64,000 nt of DNA from Klebsormidium nitens (Eukaryota > Plantae > Klebsormidiophyceae). The translations under genes and the position numbers were made by a program. The notes under the pieces are model-generated. The model worked only from the letters and a program-made list of their open reading frames with translations, ran no database searches and was not told the DNA's origin. Below are positions 35,329 through 48,100 of this stretch, one piece after another; the stretch's first letter is position 1; the number at the start of each line of letters is the position of its first letter. Location of the stretch: positions 62,001-126,000 of the forward strand of contig DF237075.1 of assembly GCA_000708835.1 (NCBI GenBank), in the 5' to 3' direction.

Positions 35329-36823
35329 CAGGAACTTTACTCCAGCTAACTCCGCACCAGCTAACTCATGCCGATTTCACAAGCCACCGTGGCAGTACAC
35401 CCACAGTACATCTGCCAACGTGGCATCTGTACGTATTGACTTCGACTCCCCGCCGGGTCGAGTTTCAGAGGAAATCAGCCCGTCGGCCGACCGAGTGCCT
35501 TTTGTGGCAGGTTAATCAGCTTAGGGTTTGGAAACCTAAGCACTGAAACCCGGTCTAGCGGGTAGCTTAGGATGATGTCTGTTACAGGTTTGTTAAAAGT
35601 CGGTCACCGGTGCCTGGTGACTCCTGCGGTTGGAACTTGGACCCCGGGGGGTACCTGGAATATCGACCGATCACTGCGGTTGGTGCCTACTACTACCGAG
35701 AAAGAGACTGCTGGGCGGTACGGTAGCCCGGTACCATGGTCACAAGCACGGATGCCTAGAGACCCCAACATGCATACTACGGTCACTATTGTACCCGATA
35801 CCTATCTAGAGTCTCCAGAGGTTGAGCATGAGACGGTAGACCTCAGGCTCAACCGGTATCTAGTATCCGCTGTCCACCAGTGACCACTGTCCGTCGGGAG
35901 AGTACGAATCCAGGCCCAAACAATCCAGGCCCGAGTTTTTAGGCCGAATCCAGGCCGTTGATACTTCGTCCTGTCCGACACTCCGACACCCTTTCTAAAC
36001 TGTTTTGCGGACTCAGCCCGCAGTGCACACTGCACACTGCACTCCGTCCGGTGCCTACGGTAGCCTGGACCCCACCCCGGGGGTCTGTCCCACCTGGAAG
36101 ATATGTACCGGGCGCGGAGCCGCGAAACCAGACGGATACCATTTTTGGCTGTGATTTAATAAGTTGTACAGTTACAAGTACAGTTACAATTTTAGGTCAG
36201 TGTACAGTTACAAATACAATAAGAGAAACGGATTCAGTCACACTTACAGTTCTGATTACGGTTACTGTCACACTCAAAACTCCGACATGACTCTGGATAA
36301 GTAGCAACTCTAGTAGAGTGTACAGCCATGGTTAGAACGGCACAGACAGAGTTACAGAGACCAAGTTCAGTTAAAAGTTACAGTAATACAGTTACAGTTA
36401 CACTTACACTTACACTTACAGTTACAGTTACAGTTACAGTTACAGTTACAGTTACAGTTACGGTTACAGTTACAGTTACGGTTATCTGCTTTCAATTAAC
36501 CTTACTAGGTTGAGGTTCATTTAACGTTAAAATGCAGAGCTCGGTTCTTCATCGCGGGGGTGCGGCGGACGGAAAGCGAGACACAGGGAATCTATTTAAG
36601 TTCCAAAACTACGGTCAAAATCGTCCGACAAATCGACGGGCCTGGATTGTCGGGCCTGGATTGTGCGGGCCTGGATTGGTACTCTCCCCCGTCCACACCA
36701 TTTTGCCGACGGCCGGACCACTCTCAGCACAGCAAATTGCCAACGTGGCGGTATACATCCACGTCGGACACCCGAAATCGAGGAGAGTTAGCTGGATCAA
36801 AGTTAGCTGGACTAAAGTTCCTG
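35329..36823. mobile_element. Probable non-autonomous element or nested elements with two pairs of inverted repeats
   Basis: Outer pair: CAGGAACTTTACTCCAGCTAACT..CCAGCTAACTC (35329-) versus the reverse complement of GAGTTAGCTGG..AGTTAGCTGGACTAAAGTTCCTG (-36823). Inner pair: GGAGAGTACGAATCCAGGCCC..AATCCAGGCCCG (~35895-35960) versus CGGGCCTGGATT..GTACTCTCC (~36635-36698). No clear TSD. Confidence 0.6.
36375..36482. repeat. (GTTACA)n hexamer microsatellite, with degenerate copies back to ~36165
   Basis: Direct reading of gttacagttacagttaca...; this explains the TVTVTV ORF. Confidence 0.95.
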
Positions 36824-37024
36824 AATATAAATTGGGAAGATGCCTTTGGTCATTCTGTCGAAGGCGTAGAGAGTGAAATGCAATGGAGGAAGTACCGGTA
36901 AGGAGGAGCTGTGGCAGTGTAAGGAAGTTGCGGACACCTCAGCTCAAGCCGGCATCCTGCTTCAGGGAGAGAATTCTGGCAGCGTCCCAGTGACCGGGCC
37001 AGTAAGGTGATTGTCGAGGACATT

Positions 37025-40000
37025 ATGGATAACAAGCTCGAAGCTGAGGAGGGGCAGCCGGGGATACCCAACACTAAGACTGACAACTCGATTGGTGTGC
37101 ACAGTCCGGCAGGGCCCTCTTCTGGAAGGGGAAGAAGAAAGTCGGGGGCAAGAAAAGGGGGCAACAAAGCCCCCTGGTCCTGTTCGACTTGCACGCTCCT
37201 CAACTCTGCTGCAAGCGAGGAATGCGCCGCTTGCGCAGTTCCTAAAGTGCAGACCCTGCAAAGTGTCGCAGTAGAGGGCGGGGGGGAATGGCGGTCTCCG
37301 TACGGAGAAAATGACAGCGTGGCGGGCCCGTCGGTTGTTCCTGTGGGACCAGACTGGGCGTGCGCTTTGTGCACGTTTCAAAACAAGTACGGAGCAGAGG
37401 AATGCGAAATGTGCGCTCAAGGTAGAGCCCCAGAGGTTCCTTCCTCAAAGCAGACCCAGTCAGGCCCCCAAGCAAGTGGCGATGTAGAGCAACTAGGCAC
37501 GGAACAGGACGGAGAGGCTTGGACGTGCGCTCGCTGTACTTGCCAGAACAGGCATGCGGTGGAGTGGTGTTCAGCATGCGCACAACCAAAAGCCACAGAG
37601 AGTGGTTCTGCAACTTCGAATCAGCCTGAGTCATTGGGCCTAGACAAGACCACCTCAAAGGCTCCTTGCTTGGAGCCCCACGCAAACAGGGCTGCAGAAC
37701 AAACCGGAGCAGTGCCGGCGAAAGCAGAAGTGCTTGTTGATGCGACAAGCAATCATGAACCGGCAAATGGAAAGGCAACAGAAGCGGGGGCTGAGCCTCA
37801 AAACCTTGCACCAACTTCAGAAGCAAGGGAGGTGCCGAGACTCTTCTTGGAGTCAGCAAAGGAACGGTCAGGACCCAGCCTTTTTGAGGATCAGGCGGGT
37901 GAGATCATCCTTTCTTATGTTGAAGCTGATGTGTTTGATCTTGAGGCTTCTGATTCTTTGAGTGAGTGTTTGAGAAAGGCTCCTACCTCTGAGGACTCCG
38001 TACTTAAGCCTCCTGGTATGCCAAACGAAACAGCAGAGACAAAGCACTCACTCAGGATCATGCATCTTTTAGTCAACATTCACAGGGAATGTTTGTTACT
38101 TTCTTCCACCCCCGCTGTCCAGATTCCCAGCTCATAGAGATGCACACTTCCTTCTATATTCTGGACCCTTCTTGCGGTCTCCATGCCGCCCTCATCTTGT
38201 ATGTATGCTGACTCAGCACCTTCTTGCAGGTCCATCCTTTCTGCTGCAGTGTGGGATCTGTTCCAGCGACCAGACTTCCGACACGTTCTGTCTAGATGGC
38301 TGCTCCCATCGCTTCTGCACCTCGTGTTTGAAAGAAGCTGTGCAAAAACAGTTTACTGCTTTGCCTCCGGCTGAGGCTGCCTCAATCCAGCAGATCTCGG
38401 AAGCGTGTGTTTGTCCTAACTCAAGGTAAGTGTTTCGTCAGGTCACCTGTTGTCCAGGCAATTTGTTGTTTTCATATGAAACCGCTTGCTGTGTCGAGCG
38501 TGATGGTCAGGGGACTTATCTTCTGGAAAATCCGTTCAGTAGATCTGAACGGGCCGTCCAAAGTAGACGTCCCTCCATAGTACTCTGCAACCTTGTAGGA
38601 TCAAGGAGTCTGTTAACGAACTTCATACTCCGCCCCCAAGAAACGAAATTTCGTCGTGCAGCCAATTGAGTTCTATGGACGGAGATTGGTACGAGTAGAC
38701 CTGAAAGCCGTCAAATCTGTACCTCGAATTGTGGGCCTCCTTATACACCTATGCTGCAGCTGCCTCCTCATATTCGACTATCGCTTGCTTTATTTACGAC
38801 TTGGAATACTTGTTCTAATGCTGCTTATAATCGTAGGCCAGTCGCAGACTGTGGAGATCTTCTTGTGAAGGGCCGCATGGACGGCTTTTCCGATCACAGA
38901 ACGTTGCCTCCGTTTGCAGCTGCAAGACGCCCCTGACCCAGCGAGACCTTATTCTCACTGCCGGCGAGGAGCGGGCCCGTTCACACCAGCAATGGCTGTA
39001 CCGAGTGCTGACTCGAACGTTCGACCAAGAAGGGGCCAGCCCGAAGTGCGCCCGCTGCGGGGAAGAGCAGCTCTCGAGAGTCAAGGTGTCACAGCTGGGT
39101 AGCCTCTCGCTAAGAGACTGTGAGCTTTTCAATCGCTCTTCTGCCGTGGCGATCTGTCTGTTGCGCACTTTTCCGAAGCAGTTGGCAGGTTTCTTGGTGA
39201 GTGCCTGACGTTACGTTGAGCGTTATATTCCGTATGTAAGAAGCTTCGAAGCTTGTGTATGTCTCGGTGAACAGAGATGGGCATGGCCGGAAACCGGAAT
39301 CCAACATCCTACTTTTTCCATGTTGGAGCTTGCTTTAGTCGTTCGAAAGGGACGTCTGCAAGGTTCTCGACTCCTCTGGGGAGCTCTCGACGGGGCAGCT
39401 GTCTCCTTCATGACCCGTCTTTACAAGGGAGCACTTCGGCCGAGGCGCTTCAAACCTGGAGGCTAGATTTAGACCTTTCTGCAGAACTGCCCTCTCAAGT
39501 ACTTATTCTTAAAAGTTTCGACCCTGGGACCTGGTCGTTGGCCAAATCCTTTAGGACAAATGTTTCAGCGAATGGGAAAGCGAAGTAATAATTGGAAATG
39601 GAGAAGCCCGTTTGCGCGACCTCTTACCAATCGCGCAGCTGAAAGCAGAAATGTTTTCGTTGCTTGCTACGACTCCCTCCACCCCGTTAGATGTCATGGA
39701 TTTCGACAAGTACGCGGCCCGGTTGAATCGTCTTGGACTGTTCGATAAAATTTCCTACTCTCCCCCAAGCATAGCTATTTCCCCCTCCTTTCAGTGCGTA
39801 AGGCCCTCAAAGCCCGCGGCCTGGACGCCTCGGGGAAGCACCCCGAGTGCGCACAGCGGCTGGTGGACGTTTTCGCTGCCGGCGCAACCAGGGCCGACGA
39901 TCGGTGGATCTGCATCGCCTGTCCCGAGTGCAGCTGCGTCAACTGCGGCGCGGGGCTGAGCGTTCCGGGCCACGACTGCCGACAAGCGCTGTGGGGGAAA

Positions 40001-43000
40001 GTGCACGACGCCGTTGCTGAGCTCGACAAAGCGTACAAGGTACGAGCTGTATCGCTTTTTCGCTATAGCACTCATGCCCTCACCTTTGTATGAGTCGAAA
40101 GTCTGCTTCTCATCGAGGCAACTGACTAAGCTTTTCTTACATACAAGCGGGTGAGGCGTAATTTTTACGGAAGAGACCCGCAAAAAAGTTGAGCCAAGTC
40201 GTGAGTGCCTCAAAGTTCCGTCGAACTCCAGGCGTAATCGCTTCGCGTTGGTTCCGGACGTTTGCGTCTGACGTGATCCCCATTGTCTGCAGGTGTCAGC
40301 CTTTTCTCGTGTATTTCAATTTCTCGCTCGGAGGGTCATTTGCACTCTGAAGAAACATCCTCAGAACTCGATGGAGCGCAGGTTGGGTGACGATTTTTTA
40401 TTTAGCCCGCTGTGGCTCAACACGCTCATGACGTTCCCAAACCTCGGTATTTCGCGAGCCGGTTTTGCTAACCCCTTGGCGCACTCCGGTTTCAGGCGTA
40501 CCTTGTCAGCTCCATCAGCCCTCACCCCCAAAAGCTCGGCAAGAAGCAGAAAACGTCACATAAGGGCGGCAGCGTATGGGCCGCCGGAACGGGCTATGGG
40601 GGCGCCAGCGACTATTCACACCACCCCCACTTCTGGGGGGGCAAGCACGGCAAGCACAAGCAGCCCCCGCAACCCCCCCGCGAGAGCGCCGCCGAGAGCA
40701 AGGCAAAAGAAGCGGAGCGAGAAGCGGATGGTCGGCTGGGAAACGCCATGGATGCGCTGAGTGCGTGCCTTTCCGGGGGGGTGGGCGATGGGCTGGTGAC
40801 GGGTCTGAGCTTGCCCCTGGTTGCGTTGGTGCACGAGTCGGGGGTCCCGGCGAGAGTGCTCCGGGCACTGCTGCTGAACGACTCGATGATCGACGTGTCC
40901 AAGCGGGGGGCGCTGTATCTGAAGGCGTTGCAGGTGAAACTAGTTGCCGTTGCTTTAGGTTGACACTGGCCGTTAAAGGTTGGATGAAGAACTCCGGGAC
41001 GTGAGCTCGACCAGGGTCAAGCGGGTCCCAGGGGCCCATGTCACGTCAGATTCTGCAAAGATCTTCGATGAGGTGCCCTTGGATCGCACTGACCTGGACT
41101 TGCGAGGTCTCTTGCTCGAACAGCGACTAGACCAGTTCTACGCACTGTTTGCAAAGGTATGCTGGTCGTTTCATATTTGAATTTTATGCCTACAAACTTG
41201 ATGTGGTGGTTCAAAGCTCCAAAGCTGAAGTCTTGCTGGGGCGTGCAGCTGATGCGGGTGCTCGGGGCTCGAGAGGAGCTGCTTCCGGTCATCTGCGAAA
41301 GCCCACCGAAACGACCGAAAGAGGTCCCAAAACCCGCACCCACTCCACCTCCTATACTTGAAAAGACACCGCCGCCGATTGTAGAGGAGTCCCCTCGGCG
41401 CTCCGGCCGGCGGGTGAAGTCGACGGATCGGAAAGGGAAGCGGAAGCTCGAGGAGGTCGACGAAGACCTCAGCAAGGATGACGTCAGCGAGGTGGCGGGA
41501 ACTAGAGCGGAGGAGCACGAGGACGACGTCGAGGGGACGGTGCTGGGCGCGATGGAGAAGCTGTACAAGCAGGCGTCGGTTGTCAAAGTGGGGCTTATGG
41601 CGGGCGTTGCCGATGAGGGCGGAAGCGACGAGTTAGATATTGGGTTAGTGTGCGAGATTTGTGACGCGTTTGAGGAGCTGCAGCGCGCGAAGAAGGGCTG
41701 GGAGGAGGCGCGCGGCGCCCTGCGGAGCGCGCAGGGTTTTGGCGGGTTAGCACAGGGGTTAGGGGCCGGGGCGCAGGGGTTAGGGAACGGGTTACGACAG
41801 GTTTTACTAAACGGTGCTCCAGAAGCAGAAACAGCGGAGGATGACGAAGATGAAGACTGCGTGCTTCTGGATCGGCAAACTAGGAAGGGAAAGAAAGTGG
41901 AGGCGCCCGCGCCGAGCCCCGAGGAGCGCGCGCGCGCGCACGCATTGGAGGTGGTGGCGTACAAGGACGCGCTAAAGGACCTGCAGTTCCGGATGGAGCC
42001 CCTGGTGAATTCCGGCGGAAAGCCGGACCACTACTTCCGAGAGAAGAAGAACGCGATCGACAACGGGGGGGTGCACTCGCAGAAACGGATGCTGGCGATT
42101 AGTAAGGAGATTGGGAGCCTGGTAACGACGCTCCCCCTGGAATGGGGATCGTCCGTGCATTTGAGGGTGGATGAGGAGCGAATGGACCTGGTGAAGGCGC
42201 TGATTATCGGGCCGGGGGGGACGCCGTACCAGAACGGCGCGTTCCTGTTCGACATCCTGCTGCCGCCGGACTACCCACAGGTACGTAAGTCGTAGGTGTT
42301 GTCAGTAGGTGCAAAAGGAGTTGCTGAGTGCGCAGCCAATCTTGTGTGCTGTGCGGACGCCGGCCATGCCAGACGTGGCTGCACGCGTCTCTGGTTTGAC
42401 CTGACCTGCTCATTGAGTGTGTTCAACTGTTTCCTGAAGTCGTAACCCGGGGAACAAAACACGCTAAAACGTTGACGCCCGCATTGATTAGTTGGCCGGT
42501 CTTCTGTTTCTTGTTCGCCTCCTCTCATCCTGCTCTTTCGGCTTCGTTTTCCGACTCTTTGCCCCTTACATCTCGGCTTTCTACCAACCAGCGGCGACGC
42601 CAACTCCGTCGCAAACTTCATCGAACGTCATCGCCTTTGCCTCCACTGATCCGACGGCCGTGCTTGCGCCAGGTGTCGCCCAAGGTGCAGTTCATGACGA
42701 CGGGCGGCGGCCGCACCCGGTTCAACCCCAACCTGTACGCCGACGGCAAGGTCTGCCTCAGCATACTCGGCACGTGGGCGGGGCCGGGGTGGCAGCCCGG
42801 GAAGAGCACGCTCATGCAGGTGCTGCTCAGCATCCAGGGCATGATCTTCGTCCCGGAGCCCTACTTCAACGAACCGGGTGAGTAGTTCGAGCATGCCAGT
42901 TGTTTCTCTCAGGTGCGGTCTCGATCGACCATATTGCTTGCAGTCTAGCTTCCCTGGTCTCACCCTCTGTATTTGTGTATGGACTAATCCTAGGAGCATC

Positions 43001-43825
43001 ACCCTGTAGCTCTCGGACCGTTCTCGTACCCAAAGTCGATTACCTTTGACATTTGAAGCTTGCTCAAGCCAGGCGTTTCAGACAAACAGCTTGCATGTCA
43101 ACTTGAAAACGGTCCTCGATCGAAGCGAATGCGGTGGCATAAACGGTTAGGTGTTGGTCAGTGCGCCTTGGCTCGTGTGCATCTCCCGCCTTACCTGCAG
43201 GCTACATTTCGAGCGTAGTTACTCGAGGTCGTTAATATGAGGCTTAATGTCCAAAGATCCATCCCATCCGGAAAGAGCTCTTACTCCGACTTATCCATGT
43301 TTCGACGGTTTGGAAAGTTCTCCGGAGTCCGGGTACAGTCTCTGAAACCCGTTAGCTCCACCTCAAACCCTGAATTTCATTCCAGGTTACGAAGCGCACG
43401 GCAACAAGACCGCGTCCCACAGCTACACCCGCAACCAGCGGCGCAACACGCTCCAGCTGGCGGTGCTCGGCATGCTGCGCCACCCGCCCGCGGTCTTCGC
43501 TGACGTCATCCGCACGCACTTCAAGCTGAAGCGGCGGGAGATCGAGGCGCAGTGCGACGAGTGGGCCGCGGACGACTTTGCGCCGAAGCCCGCCCCCAAG
43601 GCGAAGGGAAAACCGGCAAAAAAGCCCAAGAAGAAATACCACGGAGTGGATGATATGATGGATTGGGATAGCAAAGATGATGCGGATGAAGAGTTTCTCT
43701 CGGGTCTAGTCGGAGCTGCCATGGGCGGGGCAATGGGTGGGGTGCACATCGATCACGAGACGGGGCGCGGCAGTCCGATCCAGGCGACGATGAAGGAGCT
43801 TCTGGTAGAGCTCGCCAAGTTGTGA
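37025..43825 (+). CDS. Multidomain ubiquitin enzyme: 3x RanBP2/NZF zinc finger - RING - IBR-like (with SAP) - BIRC6/BRUCE-type UBC (E2)
   Basis: Exons ~37025-37898 (or -38014), 38230-38425, 38920-39085, 39691-39709, 39795-40039, 40496-40933, 41249-42280, 42673-42877, 43386-43825, phase-consistent. Three WxCxxCTxxN..CxxC motifs; [19 protein letters not shown]; [14 protein letters not shown]; VWAAGTGYG; LLNDSMIDV; [19 protein letters not shown]; [20 protein letters not shown] (Cys at 42754-42756); PYFNEPGYE. Confidence 0.9.
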
Positions 43826-45158
43826 TTGTATGATCATACGTCCTTGAGTTGTGTTTGCTAGTCAGGCTGGTATGATCTGCAACAGAATGGTTCATAGGTA
43901 GATTGATTAGAGTGACTGCCTTGTCCCTGGTTATTATGGCGGAACTCAAGAAGCCGTATAGGCTTGAGTTATAAACTAGTGGGAGCGCTTAAGAATCTGC
44001 CTCTGCGTGCACTTTGTAAATGGAATAATCGAGAGGCGAAGTTGTGTGTCCGACCGAACCAAGTGACGATTATCATATTGCCAGCTATCCAACGTACGAC
44101 TTGGTTCTGGTACCACTTTTGCAGTTTTCAATGTCAGCGAAACATGATCGCGGCGCCCTCGGCCACTGATGTACGCGTGATCTCGAATCGATGAGTCTGT
44201 AATATAAGAAACCTTGCTCTGGCACCACTTAAAGCTATTCCGATGCAGCCGCGGCCCAGTATACGTCCTTGCATAAACATGTACGTGCAATTAATATGAG
44301 CACCGTCTTTATAACAGCTTCGTGCGGTGTCCGGATTATACTCGAAAGCACATGTGCACGTCCTTGACAGATCGGCGGCCGCGCGGGCAGCGTCTGGTGC
44401 TGACGTCCACATGTGCGCGCAACGTTCATTGAGGATCGGATCGCGCGCACATGCATGATTAGCTCGACATATTCAACGAGGCGAGTGATCTTTATTAAGC
44501 CGGGTCTCTTGTCACTGTGAGACTCAGAAAGAAGTCACGTCATGTGCCCAAAAGAGCATTAACAGCTGCAAGCACGCGCTCAGACCTGGCTAACCTTAGT
44601 TATCCGATGATCGAGATCGATTGTCTGGGAACTTTTATCCATTATAAATCTTATGGGCTGAGCACCAACCCTCTTTTCGTTGCAGCATGCGCTACTTGCG
44701 CGCATGTCTAAGAGTTTGCACTCCGCTGGTCGCTATATGCTACATCCGTTGACCACTTGGCCAGCTTGATTTCTAGGACTATACGGACACGACCACGAGC
44801 AATGTGGTGCGGTGAACTTTTCAATCCTGACCAGCCAAATGGCTCCCGAGATTCTATGTGAGAACTGCCAGGGTTGTATTCTGCAATGACTAACACGTAC
44901 CGACTCTCAAAGGAAGCAGGAGCACGTTCTAACTGCTTTCTTGCTTATTCATGTCCGACAGAAGCGACACTGATTGTACATTTGATGCACGCTCAATCCA
45001 CGGTAGCACGAGGTGACTGCATTCTATCCTTTCTTTTCCACCTCACGATTGACCAGCTGTAAGAGGCGGTCACACCAATAAGTACAGCCCTTGCGAGCGC
45101 GTGGCAGCCTCTCGCTAGCGCGCGCACGAACACCAAACTTGTCGTCACACGGAATACC

Positions 45159-48100
45159 TTAGTAGCCCATCAAGTCAAGCCCCGCGATCAGGTATCCCAA
45201 GCCTTGCATGCCCAAGTAGACGGAGAGCCCATACCGTCCGGCGCTTATACCATACGTCATGGCGCCAAACACAAACGCGGCCCATCCTAGTTCTGGCACG
45301 TGTAACGTTCGCACTGCCATGAATCCCCTGACGTTGGCCCACGTCACCTTCTCCCACACCTCCCGCAGCGACGGCAGCCTATACAGCGTCCGCTCCAGGC
45401 GCCACGCGGCCCCGGCCTCGAATGACGTCAGCAGCGACGGGTCCCTCTCCGCCCTCTCTTCCGTCGGCGTCAGCAAAGAGAGTCTCCGCCCGGCAGACGG
45501 GCTCCACAAGCCCCGCTTCATCGGGCTTGACACGTGGCCGAAGTCCCGTCGTTTTGCGGAGGAGTCGAGCCCCGTGCAATGGCCGCTCGTCTCCTCACCG
45601 CGCCCGTGCGCCGTCCTCACTTTTAGCCCCACCCTTAGTTCTGGCAGATCATACGCTATGAGCGGATCCATGCTAGCGTGCGCCACGAACGCGTCATCCG
45701 ACGAGCCCTCCGAAACGGGGCTCACCGGCTCCGCGTCGTTGGCCACCCCCCCCTCTTTTCCCACGCATTTTGACCCCCCCGATTGGATGTTTTCGGTCTT
45801 GGCGTCGATTCCAGTCTTGGCAGTGACGACCCACACGTGGGCGCTGCGTAGGTTGAAGAGGCCGCTGAAAATGGCCTGCGCTTTGACACGGTACATGACG
45901 TTCTCGAAGGCGTAGTAGGGGAACAAGAGGCACCAGCTCCTGCGCAAGAACGGGAAGGAATGTTGCGGGGACGGGCCTTGCAACTGATTTTATGATGGAC
46001 GAACTCAAATGAACGTCTCGAAGTGATAGCTCCCCGGAAAGAGGCTCACGGAGCTCTAAACATGCGAAGCAAAAGCGCTGAGAACTCTTTCAAGAAGGCA
46101 AATCGGAGAGAGGTCCACTGAAACGGAGCTTCTTGGTTGGTATAGTCTTTTTACCTTCAAGTCTTACCCAACCAACAATAGTACGTAAGTTGTTTATAGA
46201 GTAAACGCCTCCTTTTTAACTCGCTTCTCGCCCCAGCAGTCCCCTCGCCGGAAGATAAAGCCTCAAAAAGGCGGCATATGAAATCCAATTCGTTGCAGTC
46301 AGAAAGTACGTGTCCGTACTCAACAGCGTTCCCTGCCCAAAAAGCTCACCCGCGGTGCGGCAGCCAGTGCAGGATCGCCTGTGTCTGCATATAAGCAAGG
46401 AACCAGAGCGGCAGCGATGCCTCGGGCAGTAACACGGCGAGCGGCATTATGATGCAGTAGAGCAGGAATCCGGTGACCGGAAGCACGAAGCGGCGGAACC
46501 AGAAGAAGCAGACCAGCAGGTTGAACTTCTGGTACGCGCTCAGCGTGGGACACGTCAGCGAGCGGTGCCACGTCAGCATGAACAGGCGCGCGGGGCCTGC
46601 GCAGAGGGGCGAGATGCGTCAGCACTGGGTCATGTGGTTGTCTGCAACTTCGTAGAATGAAACTTCAGTTCTGAAGGAGGCATGGCAGAACGCTTTGGGT
46701 GGAGAGGGGCGAACCAGAACGGCTGGAGGAAAGAGTGGGGGAAGAGGAACGGCCAAAAGCTAGTTAGTCGGTCAACCGCCTGATGCTATTGTGAGTTGTG
46801 GCGCAGGTTCTTCTACTTGGGACTGTTCCGTACCGTACGCTGAGAAACCATCGAACGAAAATTGTGATGGTCGGCCCGAGCCTTTGAAAACTGTTGGTTG
46901 GAAGGAAAAGCCGATCGAACTTTGTGATGAGGTATGGAAACTGTGTTTCAAGCGGCAGTGCATCGACTTGTGCGGCGGGGCATCCTGCTTCGCAAGCTTC
47001 CACATCAGATGTAAAGTCGGTCTGCAGCCTTGAATCTGAAGCGCCCCTTTCCACAAAAAAGTTGATCGCAACTGTTGCTGTTCAGTACCTTGTTTCGGTG
47101 GTCGAAAGATCCGCCTTGCCACGTGGCAAGCTCACCTGCGTGCCACCTTTGCTGCTGCTTGCAGTAGGCCTTGTACGTGCAGGGCAGCTCCGAGGGCACC
47201 GTGACGTCATTCAGGTACGTGAAATTCCAGCCTTTCATGTGGGCACGCACCGCTAGATCCTGCGGGGAGTTACATAAGAGGGCGAGGGAGGGTCGGACAG
47301 GGTAAGAGAGAACAAAAGCTACAAAAAGTAAGAGAGAGTAAGGAACGACAAGGGGGATAAGGGAAAAGAGAGGCGAAGACGGCAACGATCAAAAGAAGGT
47401 TAGTCAAGCAAGAAAGGGTGAAAGCCCGCCTCATTTGGTCAGCCGCTTGTGCCACATCTGTCTGTCAGTGGTCTTTTCGACTTTTCAGCTACGTTACGGT
47501 AGGAGCAACTTCGGGCCCTTAAAAAGCAGGAAGTACTTGTTCTTTTCGACTGTTTTTAACCTGTCGCATCCATGGCCAGGAATCAAACACGTCACCAATA
47601 TTTTGTAAGTTGTTCGCACCAATTACTATACAGACTGGCGCTGCACTATATTTCTTACCTGCGTTGGACGGGCTGATATTCCTAAAACAAGACACGAACT
47701 AGAGCCTGTAGTCTCAAAGAGGATATCCGGAACGTTGGTTAATCAGCATTTCTAAACAAACCAGTCGTCCAAACGGAACCTTGACTAGGGACACTCTGAC
47801 CTGTTTGGGGCGGCGTGACGGAATCACTGGCAACGAAAGAACTAGATACATGCGCAAACAAAGGTGAAGGACGAGCTCGTACCATATCCTCAGTGGTCGT
47901 TCTCGCGAGCCACCCCCCTGCTTCTCGCAGCGCCTGAACTCGCCACACGCCCGCCGTCCCGTTGAAGCCAAAGAACGCGTTGAAGTGGTTCTGCACCTGT
48001 TGCTCCACTTCGAAGTGGTACGACATGCTGATGACCTGGAATCGCGTCAGCAAGTTCTGCTGCGCATTGGCAAACGCCCACCGGGCCTGCAAGGCGGGTT

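Noticed and set aside
36328-36513. TVTVTV-repeat protein
   Set aside because: It is the translation of the (GTTACA)n microsatellite.
41041-41964. 307-aa antisense ORF
   Set aside because: It is the shadow of the GC-rich UBC gene exon on the opposite strand, with low-complexity translation.
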